Shown piece after piece: positions 39,074 through 48,201 of a DNA stretch of 64,000 bases (position 1 is the stretch's first letter; each line of letters opens with the position of its first letter). Source of the DNA: Desulfuromonadales bacterium (GTDB lineage Bacteria > Desulfobacterota > JAENJC01); NCBI GenBank assembly GCA_919902985.1, contig CAKKSC010000004.1, positions 32,230-96,229 on the forward strand, in the 5' to 3' direction. The notes below the pieces were generated by a model. The model ran no database searches and was not told the DNA's origin. It saw only the letters and a list, made by a program, of their open reading frames with translations. Both the position numbers and the translations under genes were made by a program.

Positions 39074-39415
39074 TTACCCTTTCAGGACTATCCTGATCTC
39101 CCCGGAAGTCTCAGTCTCCTTGGCTATCTCAAAATCCAGGGGAAGATTGTCTTTAATCGACTCGTATGCGTACAACTGTTTCAGCCTGTTTGAAAAGCCC
39201 TGAACAACACGATTGTCTCCTGCCAATTCGAAACTGTTCCCCGATTTTTCCCTGACAATATTCATTATATCACCGCCCCGGTCAATCTCTATTGTCTCCT
39301 TCCTTTCATTCACAAGAAAATTTGTGACCTCTCCCCTCTCCTTCAGTTCTTCAAGGGCGCATATGATATATTTCTTATTCGACAGTTCGGTCTTTATGAC
39401 TGTATAAAAAGACAT
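39074..39415 (-). CDS. DUF1257/Ycf35-like protein
   Basis: 'MSFYTVIKTEL.....I..ALEEL', 'L.QLYAY', 'GEIRIVL'. Confidence 0.75.
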   Translation of the reverse strand: MSFYTVIKTELSNKKYIICALEELKERGEVTNFLVNERKETIEIDRGGDIMNIVREKSGNSFELAGDNRVVQGFSNRLKQLYAYESIKDNLPLDFEIAKETETSGEIRIVLKG

Positions 39416-39423
39416 ACCATGCC

Positions 39424-41556
39424 TCAGTTTAATGGATTTTGATTGAAAAACACGGCCAGGCTGTCCCCGTTCATCAATATATCCTTGGTCAGCCTGTCAA
39501 CCAGGCGCACCAGAACATCCCTGTTTTTCGAGATAGTCGTTGCAGTTGCTTCCTTTGAGTTATCAAGTATCTTCTGGATATCGTCAAGGATATCGCTTCC
39601 AGAGGTAAGGGCATAGTCCTGAAGCACAACCAGGCTCTTGTTCTTCATTATCTCGCCAAACCCATATTCAACAACCATCTTTCTCGCTATTACAGTGGCC
39701 TGCATAAGGTCCTGGGAGGCGCCCAGCGTCTTGGAGTCACTTCCGTTTAACTCATCCTCTGTTACCATGCCACCCAGTATAACGCCTATCTCCTTTTCGA
39801 GGTCTGTCTTGGTAAAGGTAGTCCTTATGGTCTCATCGAACGGCACAAAAGAGCTGTAGTTTTTATAGTTGTCAACGCTGACAAATGTCGGCGTCCTGGC
39901 AAAATGGTGCCACATCATGATGGAGTGGCCGGCCTCGTGCAGGGCTATATTCCTCTTTTCAGCATCAGTCAGCAACTCAGCCCTCTGGACAAACAGCGAG
40001 CGGGATGCCGGCCTCGCCCTCTGGTGACTCCATCTCCTAAGCTCCTCTATCTCTTCCTTCTTTAATACAGAGAGGGGGGTAATGGTCCTTAAGGAGGTCA
40101 AGAGGGTCTCCTGAGTCAAGTCCAGGGAGAGGAGGCCGTCTATCATATCCTCAATCTCTTTCGAACTCTGACCGCCATGTATCTTATTGAAGGTAGCCAC
40201 TATGGCATCTTTTACAGCCTGCTCTATCTCCGCTCCGGTAAAACCCTGGCTGTTCTGGGCCAGTTCTCTCAGGTTCAACCTGTTTATGTTCCCGATTCTC
40301 TTTTCAAGGTGGATCCTGAATATCTCCTCTCTTTCCTCGATACTCGGCAGGTCAACAAAGAAGACCTCATCGTACCTGCCCTTCCTCCACAACTCAGGAG
40401 GAAGGTTCTTTGGTTCATTAGCTGTAGAGATGACGAAGACAGGGTCTTCCTTCTCCTGAAGCCAGGTAATAAATGTCCCGAATACCCTCATCTGGGTCCC
40501 GGAATCTCCCTGATAACCACCTATTCCGCCAAAGGCCTTGTCAATCTCATCTATCCAGAGTATGCATGGACTCACTGCCTCTGCAAGCTGGATACACCTT
40601 CTGATATTCTTTTCCGATTCCCCGACAGTAGACCCAAAGAGCCTTCCCACATCCATCCTCAGAAGTGGAAGGTTCCATATCCCTGCCAACGCCTTGCAGC
40701 AAAGGGATTTACCGGACCCCGGAACGCCGATGAGTAGAAGCCCTTTGGGGATATCCAGCCCGAGGGTCTCAACCTTATCCCTGCTCAGACGGAATACGTG
40801 CTCCCTCTCCACAAACCACTTCTTTATCTCGGTCAGGCCGCCTATATGTTCAATGGCTTCCTTATGAGGATAATAGTCCAGTATCTTCTGTTTTCTGATG
40901 ATCTGCTGCTTTTCGTCCTGTATGGAGGAGATGCACTCCTCATTAAGTACGCCTTTATTCATGCTTATGGCCTTCCTCATGACACGCTTTATGTTGTCCA
41001 TGGAAAGCCCCTGAAGGGACTTGTACAGTATGGACCTTGTGGAGGCATGCCACTTCTCAGGGATCATGTGGCCGTAAGTATTAGATACCATTTCGGCTAT
41101 CTCATCATAGTCAGGGAGGGAAAGCTCCAGCACAATTATGTCTTCCTCAAGCTCAGGCGGGATTTCACTTAGTGTAGGGGAGAGAATGCAGATCGTGTTA
41201 ACAGTCCTCTGCTCATCAATTATTGCGGGGAGGTCTCTGAATTTCCTCAAAAACTCATGAGAAGTGAAATATCCAGCTATGTCTTTGAGCAAAAATATAT
41301 TGTTGCTGTCGCCTTTTGATATCTTCTCTTCTATGGTGGAAAGTACCTTCTCCCTTCCCAACTGTTCCCTTTTCTTCTTCTCCCCGCCGTAAAGCCCACG
41401 GGATACAGACCAGGACCAGAAGGTGAATCTCATAGACTCAGAGAGGTTCTCAACTATCCTTTCTACCCTTCGTTCCTCAAAGGACACAAGCCATAAAATA
41501 GGGTACTTGGCCTCGACATGTATCTTTATCTCGTTCTCAAAATCTTTAGTTTTCAT
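39424..41556 (-). CDS. Ycf46-like AAA+ ATPase fused to an FtsH-type M41 zinc peptidase domain, no TM
   Basis: Ycf46 N-terminus 'YPILWLVSFEERR', 'IGGL..IK.W', Walker A 'GVPGSGKS', Walker B 'LWIDEIDK', 'RKGRYDE'; M41 'HEAGH..LGG...E..GASQDL..A..IA..MV..YG'. Confidence 0.88.
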   Translation of the reverse strand: MKTKDFENEIKIHVEAKYPILWLVSFEERRVERIVENLSESMRFTFWSWSVSRGLYGGEKKKREQLGREKVLSTIEEKISKGDSNNIFLLKDIAGYFTSHEFLRKFRDLPAIIDEQRTVNTICILSPTLSEIPPELEEDIIVLELSLPDYDEIAEMVSNTYGHMIPEKWHASTRSILYKSLQGLSMDNIKRVMRKAISMNKGVLNEECISSIQDEKQQIIRKQKILDYYPHKEAIEHIGGLTEIKKWFVEREHVFRLSRDKVETLGLDIPKGLLLIGVPGSGKSLCCKALAGIWNLPLLRMDVGRLFGSTVGESEKNIRRCIQLAEAVSPCILWIDEIDKAFGGIGGYQGDSGTQMRVFGTFITWLQEKEDPVFVISTANEPKNLPPELWRKGRYDEVFFVDLPSIEEREEIFRIHLEKRIGNINRLNLRELAQNSQGFTGAEIEQAVKDAIVATFNKIHGGQSSKEIEDMIDGLLSLDLTQETLLTSLRTITPLSVLKKEEIEELRRWSHQRARPASRSLFVQRAELLTDAEKRNIALHEAGHSIMMWHHFARTPTFVSVDNYKNYSSFVPFDETIRTTFTKTDLEKEIGVILGGMVTEDELNGSDSKTLGASQDLMQATVIARKMVVEYGFGEIMKNKSLVVLQDYALTSGSDILDDIQKILDNSKEATATTISKNRDVLVRLVDRLTKDILMNGDSLAVFFNQNPLN

Positions 41557-41597
41557 AGTGTTAAATTATACCCTGTGGAATGACATCTTAATATCAA

Positions 41598-41625
41598 AGG
41601 GAGACCTTCCGGAGGGACTCCCTGA
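41598..41625 (-). terminator. Possible intrinsic terminator
   Basis: Minus strand agggagtcc-loop-ggtctccct followed by ttgatatt. Confidence 0.5.
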
Positions 41626-41631
41626 AAGAGA

Positions 41632-41991
41632 CTAAACCGGTATGTTAATGTAGAAAACAAGGAGCCAGATGGTGATAAGAGTCCCACCCATCCAGCTGAC
41701 GTATTTCAAAAAACGCTTATGCCTCCTGATTATCCGGAGCTTGACCAGAAAGACCGCCAAACCGGTGAGAGGCAACAGTAATGCTGCTATATTTATCATA
41801 CTGCTTGAAATTGCAATAAGGGCTAATACGTTAAAGAGGATTACTGTCAGGTATCCATTTGCTCGATGGATCATCCCTTCAATCGATGCTCTCGTAGCCC
41901 TGATCAGCTGCAGACCACTGATGAAACTGGTTACAGCCAGGACAATCCCGATACTCGCCAATATTATAGACGCACTTGAAAATATAAACAT
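41632..41991 (-). CDS. Small 4-TM membrane protein
   Basis: Four hydrophobic segments, 'IHRANG'; co-oriented with neighbours, 1-bp gap to upstream gene. Confidence 0.6.
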   Translation of the reverse strand: MFIFSSASIILASIGIVLAVTSFISGLQLIRATRASIEGMIHRANGYLTVILFNVLALIAISSSMINIAALLLPLTGLAVFLVKLRIIRRHKRFLKYVSWMGGTLITIWLLVFYINIPV

Positions 41992-41992
41992 T

Positions 41993-42784
41993 TTAAACCC
42001 TGTAGATAGTCTTCAATACACGCCTTTGAATAAAATATGAGATGATCCCTATATATGCCAATATCAATGGCATTATTATGTAAATATTCGACCATGTCGA
42101 GTTGTTGATTAATGTGTTGTTGCCGCCCCCGCTAATAACGATTCCAAACCTGTTCCTCCATGCCCTGTTGTCCTTCAAGGTATTGTTGCTTGAATCCCAA
42201 AGTAGGATCCCGTTCCAGGTGTTATGGTTAACATTATTGTCCGTAAGGTTATTATAGCTGGAGGAGCTCAGGAATATCCCATTGTCTTTATTTGAACTTG
42301 CGCTGTTTTTTTCCAGGCTGTTCCTATTGGATGAATCAAGATATATCCCATAGCTTTCGTTTAAATCGGCTGAGTTGCCTGCTATCGTATTGTTGCTGGA
42401 ACCATAGAAAATAATTCCATTACCGTTCTTTACACTCTTGTTATCAGTAATCGTCCCATTATTGGAATTATAAAGGTATATGCCGGAAAGAAGAGAACCT
42501 GTGGTCGTAAAGCCCGATATCGTTACATTATTAACGTTGCTTATCTTAAACACAGGCTCGCTGGGAACAGCTGCCAAGATAGTTGTGAAATCCGGGCCTC
42601 TGCGCGACCTTATCGAAACCGGCCTCGTGATCGAAACATTTTCTTTATAAATTCCTTCACTCACAATTATAGTATCTTCCTTGGAGGCGTTAATTACCGC
42701 CTCCTGGATAGTCTTATAGTTTTCAGGAACAATGATTGTAGAATAAATAAGTAATAATGCTGTTAATGACAGCATGTGTCGCAC
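41993..42784 (-). CDS. NosD/CASH-type right-handed beta-helix protein with C-terminal TM
   Basis: 'VPENYKTIQEAV', repeated 'GI.L..SSNNT...N....N' units; signal-like N-terminus. Confidence 0.8.
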   Translation of the reverse strand: MRHMLSLTALLLIYSTIIVPENYKTIQEAVINASKEDTIIVSEGIYKENVSITRPVSIRSRRGPDFTTILAAVPSEPVFKISNVNNVTISGFTTTGSLLSGIYLYNSNNGTITDNKSVKNGNGIIFYGSSNNTIAGNSADLNESYGIYLDSSNRNSLEKNSASSNKDNGIFLSSSSYNNLTDNNVNHNTWNGILLWDSSNNTLKDNRAWRNRFGIVISGGGNNTLINNSTWSNIYIIMPLILAYIGIISYFIQRRVLKTIYRV

Positions 42785-43584
42785 GCAATCTCTTTTGATT
42801 CAACAGCCTTCTGGTGGAATCTCGCCCTTTCAACTGCTTTTTCCTCATCCGGTTTGCGTTCTCCCGGCTCAACTGGAATAAATGAATGCTCTGCATGCCT
42901 CATCCCTTTCATCAAGGACCCTTTCATATCTTCTGTGATATACTTCCTCACAAATTCAAAAAACTCATTGTCCTCCTTGCGGACATGGCTTCTGAGAGCA
43001 ACAAGCGCCGAGCCGATTATCTTATCGTTTATGGTTCCATCCCTGAGGGCCTCGCGGAAAGAGTATATTAGAGATATAATCTCGCGGTGGTCCTCGTTTA
43101 TGCAGGCGACAAGACCTTCGCCAAAAGGCACAAGCCCCCTCAAAGCAGGGAACAGAACCTCTTCCTCTTTGATGCCGGAATGCAGCTGGAGGAGGTTATC
43201 GAGCTCTGCGGTAGAAACCCAGAGTTCATCAATATTCCTCTTGACCAGAATAGCGTCAACTTTGTCAGCCATCTCCAGTATCTTTTGATGCTCCGAAATC
43301 AGAGCTGCAATTGGGTCCGTCCTCGGGTCGGTTGCTGGAGACAGCTCTTCTCTTCCACCCAGCACATCCTCATCCTTAGCTGCTTCAATACTTAATGCCT
43401 CAAACTGCTGGGAATAGCCCATACGACATGCATGTCTGGGACTTTTAAAATACCTGGCATCCTCATATGAAGCCGCCAACCGGGCATATTCAGACTCTGT
43501 CAGGAACAATATTCCATTCTTGCAATGAACAACGCAGGATGAATGGTGACATGTATACTTTATTTCTAAAACCTTATCCGACAT
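42763..43584 (-). CDS. Hemerythrin-like (HHE) domain protein with Cys/His-rich termini
   Basis: 'LISEH', 'H...KEEEVLFP', 'EDH', 'HVRKED'; N-terminal 'CHHSSCVVHC..HAC', C-terminal 'CDTCCH'. Confidence 0.8.
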   Translation of the reverse strand: MSDKVLEIKYTCHHSSCVVHCKNGILFLTESEYARLAASYEDARYFKSPRHACRMGYSQQFEALSIEAAKDEDVLGGREELSPATDPRTDPIAALISEHQKILEMADKVDAILVKRNIDELWVSTAELDNLLQLHSGIKEEEVLFPALRGLVPFGEGLVACINEDHREIISLIYSFREALRDGTINDKIIGSALVALRSHVRKEDNEFFEFVRKYITEDMKGSLMKGMRHAEHSFIPVEPGERKPDEEKAVERARFHQKAVESKEIACDTCCH

Positions 43585-43602
43585 AATTACATACTCCTTA
43601 TC

Positions 43603-44118
43603 TTAAGCGTGACCTGGAATATCATGCTCGATCGGCGCAGATTGCAGTGTTGGTATTCCAAACCTGTCGTTAAATGTACTTATTATATATAAAAGTGTCC
43701 TGTGGTTTAACAGTAGCCCTTTATATAGATTTGTCTTGGAAAGACCATCAAAGTACAACTCATATGAAAATGAAACCTGTTTTACTATACCTTTTTCATC
43801 CATGTTTAAATCGTAGCTGTTATCCAAAAACAAGAGGTCTTTTCTAATTGACTCATAAAAGCTGTCTCTCTCATCCTCCGTAAGCTCAGACAGCTTCCCC
43901 ATATGTTCAGGTGCCAGAGAGACGCCGTTTAATAAAACAATAAGTCCAGGATACTCCTTTGGCTGTATGACCCGCTGTCTTTTCTGTGAAGCAAGCGGAT
44001 AATCTATCTCAAAATGAAAATTTGCATTCTCGTCTTTTGCATCACTTACCTGATGATGATTCTCAGTAAGCCATTTCTTAATCCCATCTTTTGCCTGTTC
44101 TACAGTCGTAATCTCCAT
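43603..44118 (-). CDS. DUF2299-like protein
   Basis: 'IKKWL.E', 'D.NANFHF', 'V.L.PEH', 'LYFDGLSK'; RBS aggag. Confidence 0.6.
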   Translation of the reverse strand: MEITTVEQAKDGIKKWLTENHHQVSDAKDENANFHFEIDYPLASQKRQRVIQPKEYPGLIVLLNGVSLAPEHMGKLSELTEDERDSFYESIRKDLLFLDNSYDLNMDEKGIVKQVSFSYELYFDGLSKTNLYKGLLLNHRTLLYIISTFNDRFGIPTLQSAPIEHDIPGHA

Positions 44119-44218
44119 TCAACAACTCTCCTTTTTTAATTATTTACTGGTTATAATTTTACTACACTTGATAAAACCTGTCCAGCTTTTTTGGCATAGA
44201 CCTTTCCATTTTTTCATT

Positions 44219-44352
44219 TGAGGCTTTTGCAAATCTCTAAGAAACGCAGTTTTGTCATTTCGACCAGCGGGAGAAATCTTTGTTTTTATTACACTGAAAG
44301 ATTCCTCACTTCGTTCGGAATGACACAAAAGCGGACTTTTGCAAGAGGCTCA
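44219..44352. repeat. Nested REP/MITE-like palindrome
   Basis: Outer gaggcttttgcaaa...ttttgcaagaggctc; inner tgtcatttcgacc..gagaaatct ... agattcctcac..tcggaatgaca. Confidence 0.7.
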
Positions 44353-44399
44353 TTTGACTATAGTGCAGTCCGGTATATGTCCAAAAAAGAGAGATTAAA

Positions 44400-44430
44400 C
44401 AGGCACGAAGGAGGTCTTCCCTCGTGCCTG
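44400..44430 (-). terminator. Stem-loop after DUF2769-like gene
   Basis: caggcacga...tcgtgcctg followed on minus strand by tttaat. Confidence 0.55.
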
Positions 44431-44445
44431 GAATGAACTCAACAC

Positions 44446-44757
44446 TTACTCATGGCCTCCACCGACTTCCTTTTTGAAAGTCTGACAAAGCTGTGAACAG
44501 CGTGTGCAATAATAGGTGTGGTCCAGTTCATACTCCTTATAGATCGGACATGTCTCACATAGGCACTCCTTTTCCCACTGTATCGCCTTGCTGGTACCTA
44601 CCATAGGGAAGCAATAAGCGCCTTCAGGGTTATCCCCTTTCACAAATGTTGGGCACCCTGTACATTTGCATTTACTCAGGACATAATCCTGCCTCTTTGC
44701 ATATTCCTCCTTGCTCAACCCCTCCTCGCCAAACCTGTCATAATCACTGATCCTCAT
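44446..44757 (-). CDS. DUF2769-like Cys-rich small protein
   Basis: 'CKCTGCPTF', 'YC...G.S..I..EKECLCETCPIY.EY.L...YYC'; RBS aggaggtg. Confidence 0.7.
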   Translation of the reverse strand: MRISDYDRFGEEGLSKEEYAKRQDYVLSKCKCTGCPTFVKGDNPEGAYCFPMVGTSKAIQWEKECLCETCPIYKEYELDHTYYCTRCSQLCQTFKKEVGGGHE

Positions 44758-44875
44758 AGTATCACCTCCTTTTAGATTTTTATCTAATTAAAGATTAACA
44801 CTGATTTTCAGGGTGTCAAGTTCACTCCCCTATCCTCCCCTTTAATAATGGGGATGTCAGGTAGGAGTAGTATTC

Positions 44876-45085
44876 TCATCCAGCCATTAATGAATAGATG
44901 CTGTACCCAGCAAACAAGAGGCCGACGACCAGATTCAAGGGTCGGGTGTTATCAGTGGGTTGCGGCATCAACAGAGCATCTATACGTATTGACTCAGTTA
45001 CCTTATTTCGAACAAAGGTAGCCAGGATGAGCAAGAGCCCGTAGATTATGCCTATTACAGTAACAATATTATCCAAATTATCCAT
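44876..45085 (-). CDS. Small 2-TM hypothetical protein
   Basis: MDNLDNIVTVIGIIYGLLLILATF...LNLVVGLLFAGYSIYSL; ATG at 45085 (upstream part of ORF-track ORF runs through a terminator and repeat). Confidence 0.55.
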   Translation of the reverse strand: MDNLDNIVTVIGIIYGLLLILATFVRNKVTESIRIDALLMPQPTDNTRPLNLVVGLLFAGYSIYSLMAG

Positions 45086-45092
45086 AATTAAG

Positions 45093-45121
45093 AAAAAAGA
45101 GGGAAGGCATCGCCCTCCCTC
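45093..45121 (-). terminator. Intrinsic terminator downstream of narK
   Basis: Minus strand gagggagggc-gat-gccttccctc followed by tttttt. Confidence 0.65.
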
Positions 45122-45211
45122 ATGTATATCGCATACTCTAAGGCAACCCATCCCCACCCCGCCCCTTAAAGGGGAGGGGAGATGTGTCAGACATCAACTG
45201 CCTTCCGGTAT

Positions 45212-46852
45212 TTATGGGTTCTGGCTTACGTATCTTTGTCTCTCAGACTCGGTTATCCTGTCCCACCATGTGTTGCCAACACCCCAGTCACCCCTCTCAG
45301 CGCCAGGTTTGGTGTAGAACCACCAGTTAAGCAAACTGCCAATTGCGCAGAATACGATTAACCCCGTAAAGAACGGTATCGCGGAACCATATTTGCTTAT
45401 AGAACCTCCGATGAGGGAAGAAAATATGAACGGCCCATAGGCAGCCCATGCTCCTGTCCAGCCCAGTATTTGAGATCCCAGCCTAGGAGAGTAGGCATAA
45501 ACAATCGGGTACTGGCGGAAGGTAGCAAAGTTACCGATTCCTGCCGATAAGAATATTCCTAACATAATCCAGACGAACATCGGGAACTGGTCCAGGGATG
45601 TTGGCGTCAGATATCCACCGAATATCAATGCCAGAGACCCTATGATCAGGCCTGCCCCGGAGATTTGCGTAAATATGCTTCCGCCAAATTTGTCGGCTAA
45701 AGGTCCACCGCCGAAGCGGACAACAGAACCTATGAGGGGGCCGAGGTACGCATATTTCAGCGGGTCCGGCGCCAGGGCGGCATCCATTCCCGGGATGCTT
45801 CCATATAAAGTCTTTATCATGAGCGGAAACGCTGCCGCAAAGCCGGCGAAGGAACCGAAGGTCATGATATATGTCCAGACCATGAAATACGCATGCTTGT
45901 TATTAGTCATGTCACCCACCATCTTGCCGAAGGAGGGCTTTTTCATAGGTATACTTCTAAGTAAAAACCAGCAGAGGATACCGGCAATAATAAGGTACGG
46001 CACATACCAGAAGGCCGCATTCTGCAGCCATATATCCTTCTTGATGATCTTCTTGACCGTTACGTCCGAAACCACTCCAGCCTCATTTTTCTTGACCTCG
46101 GCCTTCATGCCCTTTGTCGCATCCGTTTCTGTAATGACTATGTCCTTAACTGCTCCTGCTTCATCTTTCACAACAGTTATCGCTTTAGCAAGGCCCTCAT
46201 CTTTAACTACTACGTCCTTGACAACCCCTGCTTCTTTCATAATCTTCACTGCAAAGACCGGGGTTGCCTTTGTAAAGAGCTGCGGCGCTCCGGCTGCTCC
46301 AATTACTGCAAAGCCTATAATCCAGGGGGTTATAAACTGAGTAACACTCACGCCCAGGTTGCCGATTCCAGCCTGTAGACCCATGGCAGTGCCCTGCAAC
46401 CTCTTTGGGAAAAAGAGACTGGTTGAAGGCATGAAGGAGGAGAAATCTCCGCCTCCAAAACCGCAGAGGAACGATATTATCAGGAAGTGCATGTAAGGAG
46501 TTTCGGGGTTCTGAACAGCATATCCGAGCCATATCATCGGAATAAGCTTAATAAAAGTTGCAACCGTAACAGTGATCCTGGTGCCATATATAGGTATCAG
46601 GAATGAGTGTATTGTTCTCATCGCGCCAGCTGCAAGGCCCGGCATCGCGGCAAGCCAGAAGAGCTGCATCGTATCGAACTTAAACCCTATAGCAGGAAGG
46701 CGCACAGCGACAGCGCTCATAACAAACCATGTAGCAAATGATGCAAGAAGGCTGAACGTGGTAACACTAAGAGTCGTCCAGGCCCGAGCGCTACCTTCCT
46801 TAGCCCAGAATTGCAGATCTTCAGGCTCCCATTTTTTTAACCATGATGACAT
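45212..46852 (-). CDS. narK: NarK-family nitrate/nitrite MFS transporter (NarK2-like) with repeat insertion
   Basis: 'WEPED..FW', 'GFGGGDFSSFM', 'FPKRLQG.A.GLQAGIGNLG', 'TFGSFAGF', 'GIGN.ATF'. Confidence 0.92.
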   Translation of the reverse strand: MSSWLKKWEPEDLQFWAKEGSARAWTTLSVTTFSLLASFATWFVMSAVAVRLPAIGFKFDTMQLFWLAAMPGLAAGAMRTIHSFLIPIYGTRITVTVATFIKLIPMIWLGYAVQNPETPYMHFLIISFLCGFGGGDFSSFMPSTSLFFPKRLQGTAMGLQAGIGNLGVSVTQFITPWIIGFAVIGAAGAPQLFTKATPVFAVKIMKEAGVVKDVVVKDEGLAKAITVVKDEAGAVKDIVITETDATKGMKAEVKKNEAGVVSDVTVKKIIKKDIWLQNAAFWYVPYLIIAGILCWFLLRSIPMKKPSFGKMVGDMTNNKHAYFMVWTYIMTFGSFAGFAAAFPLMIKTLYGSIPGMDAALAPDPLKYAYLGPLIGSVVRFGGGPLADKFGGSIFTQISGAGLIIGSLALIFGGYLTPTSLDQFPMFVWIMLGIFLSAGIGNFATFRQYPIVYAYSPRLGSQILGWTGAWAAYGPFIFSSLIGGSISKYGSAIPFFTGLIVFCAIGSLLNWWFYTKPGAERGDWGVGNTWWDRITESERQRYVSQNP

Positions 46853-46891
46853 ATTAGCTCCTTTGAGAAAAATATTTTACTCTCAATATAC

Positions 46892-46922
46892 AAAAAAGGC
46901 GGGCGTTGCGCCCGCCTTTTTT
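46892..46922. terminator. Bidirectional-type intrinsic terminator after narI
   Basis: aaaaaaggcgggcg ttg cgcccgcctttttt. Confidence 0.85.
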
Positions 46923-46939
46923 GTTTTGTCTTATTTGTC

Positions 46940-47641
46940 TTACTTGTACTGGACTATGTTTTCAGTCTTTGGGTTCCTGCCGTACCATCTGACAACCTGA
47001 TAAGGCCTGACCAGATACTTGTAGATATTAATAGTGAATAGGTGCGCTAACCTCGTAAATGGTATTATGAGGACAATGAGCATGGCGTTAAAAATATGAA
47101 CCTTGGTGAAGAGCGGCAAATTAGCCACGTATTCAACCTCAGGGTTAAGTTTGATAACTGACCATATCCATGGCACGGCGGTTGCTGCGTACCAATTGGA
47201 GCCCCATCTGTAAAGCAATGCGTTAGCCAGTCCGGTCACGACCTGAATCAAAAGAACTATCAGTAAAAATACATCCCAACCGGAAGTTACAGCCTTTGCC
47301 CTGCTGTTGGTGAGTCTCCTGTAAGTGAGGGCCAATAGTCCAAATAGCGCAAGAAAGCCGAGCGCAAGTCCTGAAGCCTCAAAGACATAAAGTCTGACAG
47401 GGACGCTGTTCCAGGCAAGAATACTGCCTGGAATCAGAAAACCCACAAAATGCGTCAAGAGAATTGTAACTATCCCGTAATGCCATGGAAATGACCCAAA
47501 AAACAGTGTCCTGTTTTCAAGGAACTGTGAGGATTGGGAAGACCATGTAAATCTGTTTGAATTATACCTGTAGATCGCCCCTACAATTCCAACCGCAAGA
47601 AGCACATACGGCAACGCGCCAAATAACAATCTGTCCATCAA
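46940..47641 (-). CDS. narI: Respiratory nitrate reductase gamma subunit (cytochrome b)
   Basis: 'WSSQSSQFLE', 'WHYGI', 'THFVG', 'KVHI', 'PFTRLAH', 'YLVRPYQVV'. Confidence 0.96.
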   Translation of the reverse strand: MMDRLLFGALPYVLLAVGIVGAIYRYNSNRFTWSSQSSQFLENRTLFFGSFPWHYGIVTILLTHFVGFLIPGSILAWNSVPVRLYVFEASGLALGFLALFGLLALTYRRLTNSRAKAVTSGWDVFLLIVLLIQVVTGLANALLYRWGSNWYAATAVPWIWSVIKLNPEVEYVANLPLFTKVHIFNAMLIVLIIPFTRLAHLFTINIYKYLVRPYQVVRWYGRNPKTENIVQYK

Positions 47642-48198
47642 CTTACCTCCTTAATATCTTTAATGTCATTATCTAATACTCTATAAACTGCATTTATAAG
47701 ATGCTTATAAGCGTTCCTCTTGGTTTGAAAATTTCTATTTAGCTTCTCCATAGACCTGATCACATACGTCTTTACAAAATCCCTTTTTAGCTCCTCATTC
47801 TTTAGATGACCTATAAAAAAGAGTATCACTGCAAGATTATCAGGAAGTTCCCCTTTGGCAACTTCATCAAAGGGGAACCCCTGATCCTTATACATTGATT
47901 TTATGGTAAGCAAGTTTCCTGCTCGCTTAAACCCCTCATAGCTATACCATCCCATATCCAGTGTAGTTTCCGACGTAAACTCAAAGGTGTAAGAGTATAG
48001 CTCTTGAAGTTCTTCGATGGTCAACCTCTCCACGTCTTTCTTAAAAGACCTGAGTTCCTTTAATATTTCCTCAGGATACTGCCCCTTCTCAAGGATATCA
48101 ATACACTCGTTTAGTTGAGGCATTATATCATTATGTGGAAATCTCAGGGATTGACCCAGGCACGTGTACAAGTTATTAACCTCAAGCATAACCATCAA
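47638..48198 (-). CDS. narJ: Nitrate reductase Mo-cofactor assembly chaperone
   Basis: 'LQELYSYTFE', 'GELPD.L'; between narH and narI. Confidence 0.88.
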   Translation of the reverse strand: MMVMLEVNNLYTCLGQSLRFPHNDIMPQLNECIDILEKGQYPEEILKELRSFKKDVERLTIEELQELYSYTFEFTSETTLDMGWYSYEGFKRAGNLLTIKSMYKDQGFPFDEVAKGELPDNLAVILFFIGHLKNEELKRDFVKTYVIRSMEKLNRNFQTKRNAYKHLINAVYRVLDNDIKDIKEVS

Positions 48199-48201
48199 TC
48201 T

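Noticed and set aside
44140-44436. ORFs 44140-44328 (-, MCHSERSEES...) and 44218-44436 (+)
   Set aside because: They are translations of the nested palindromic repeat, with no RBS or protein-like features
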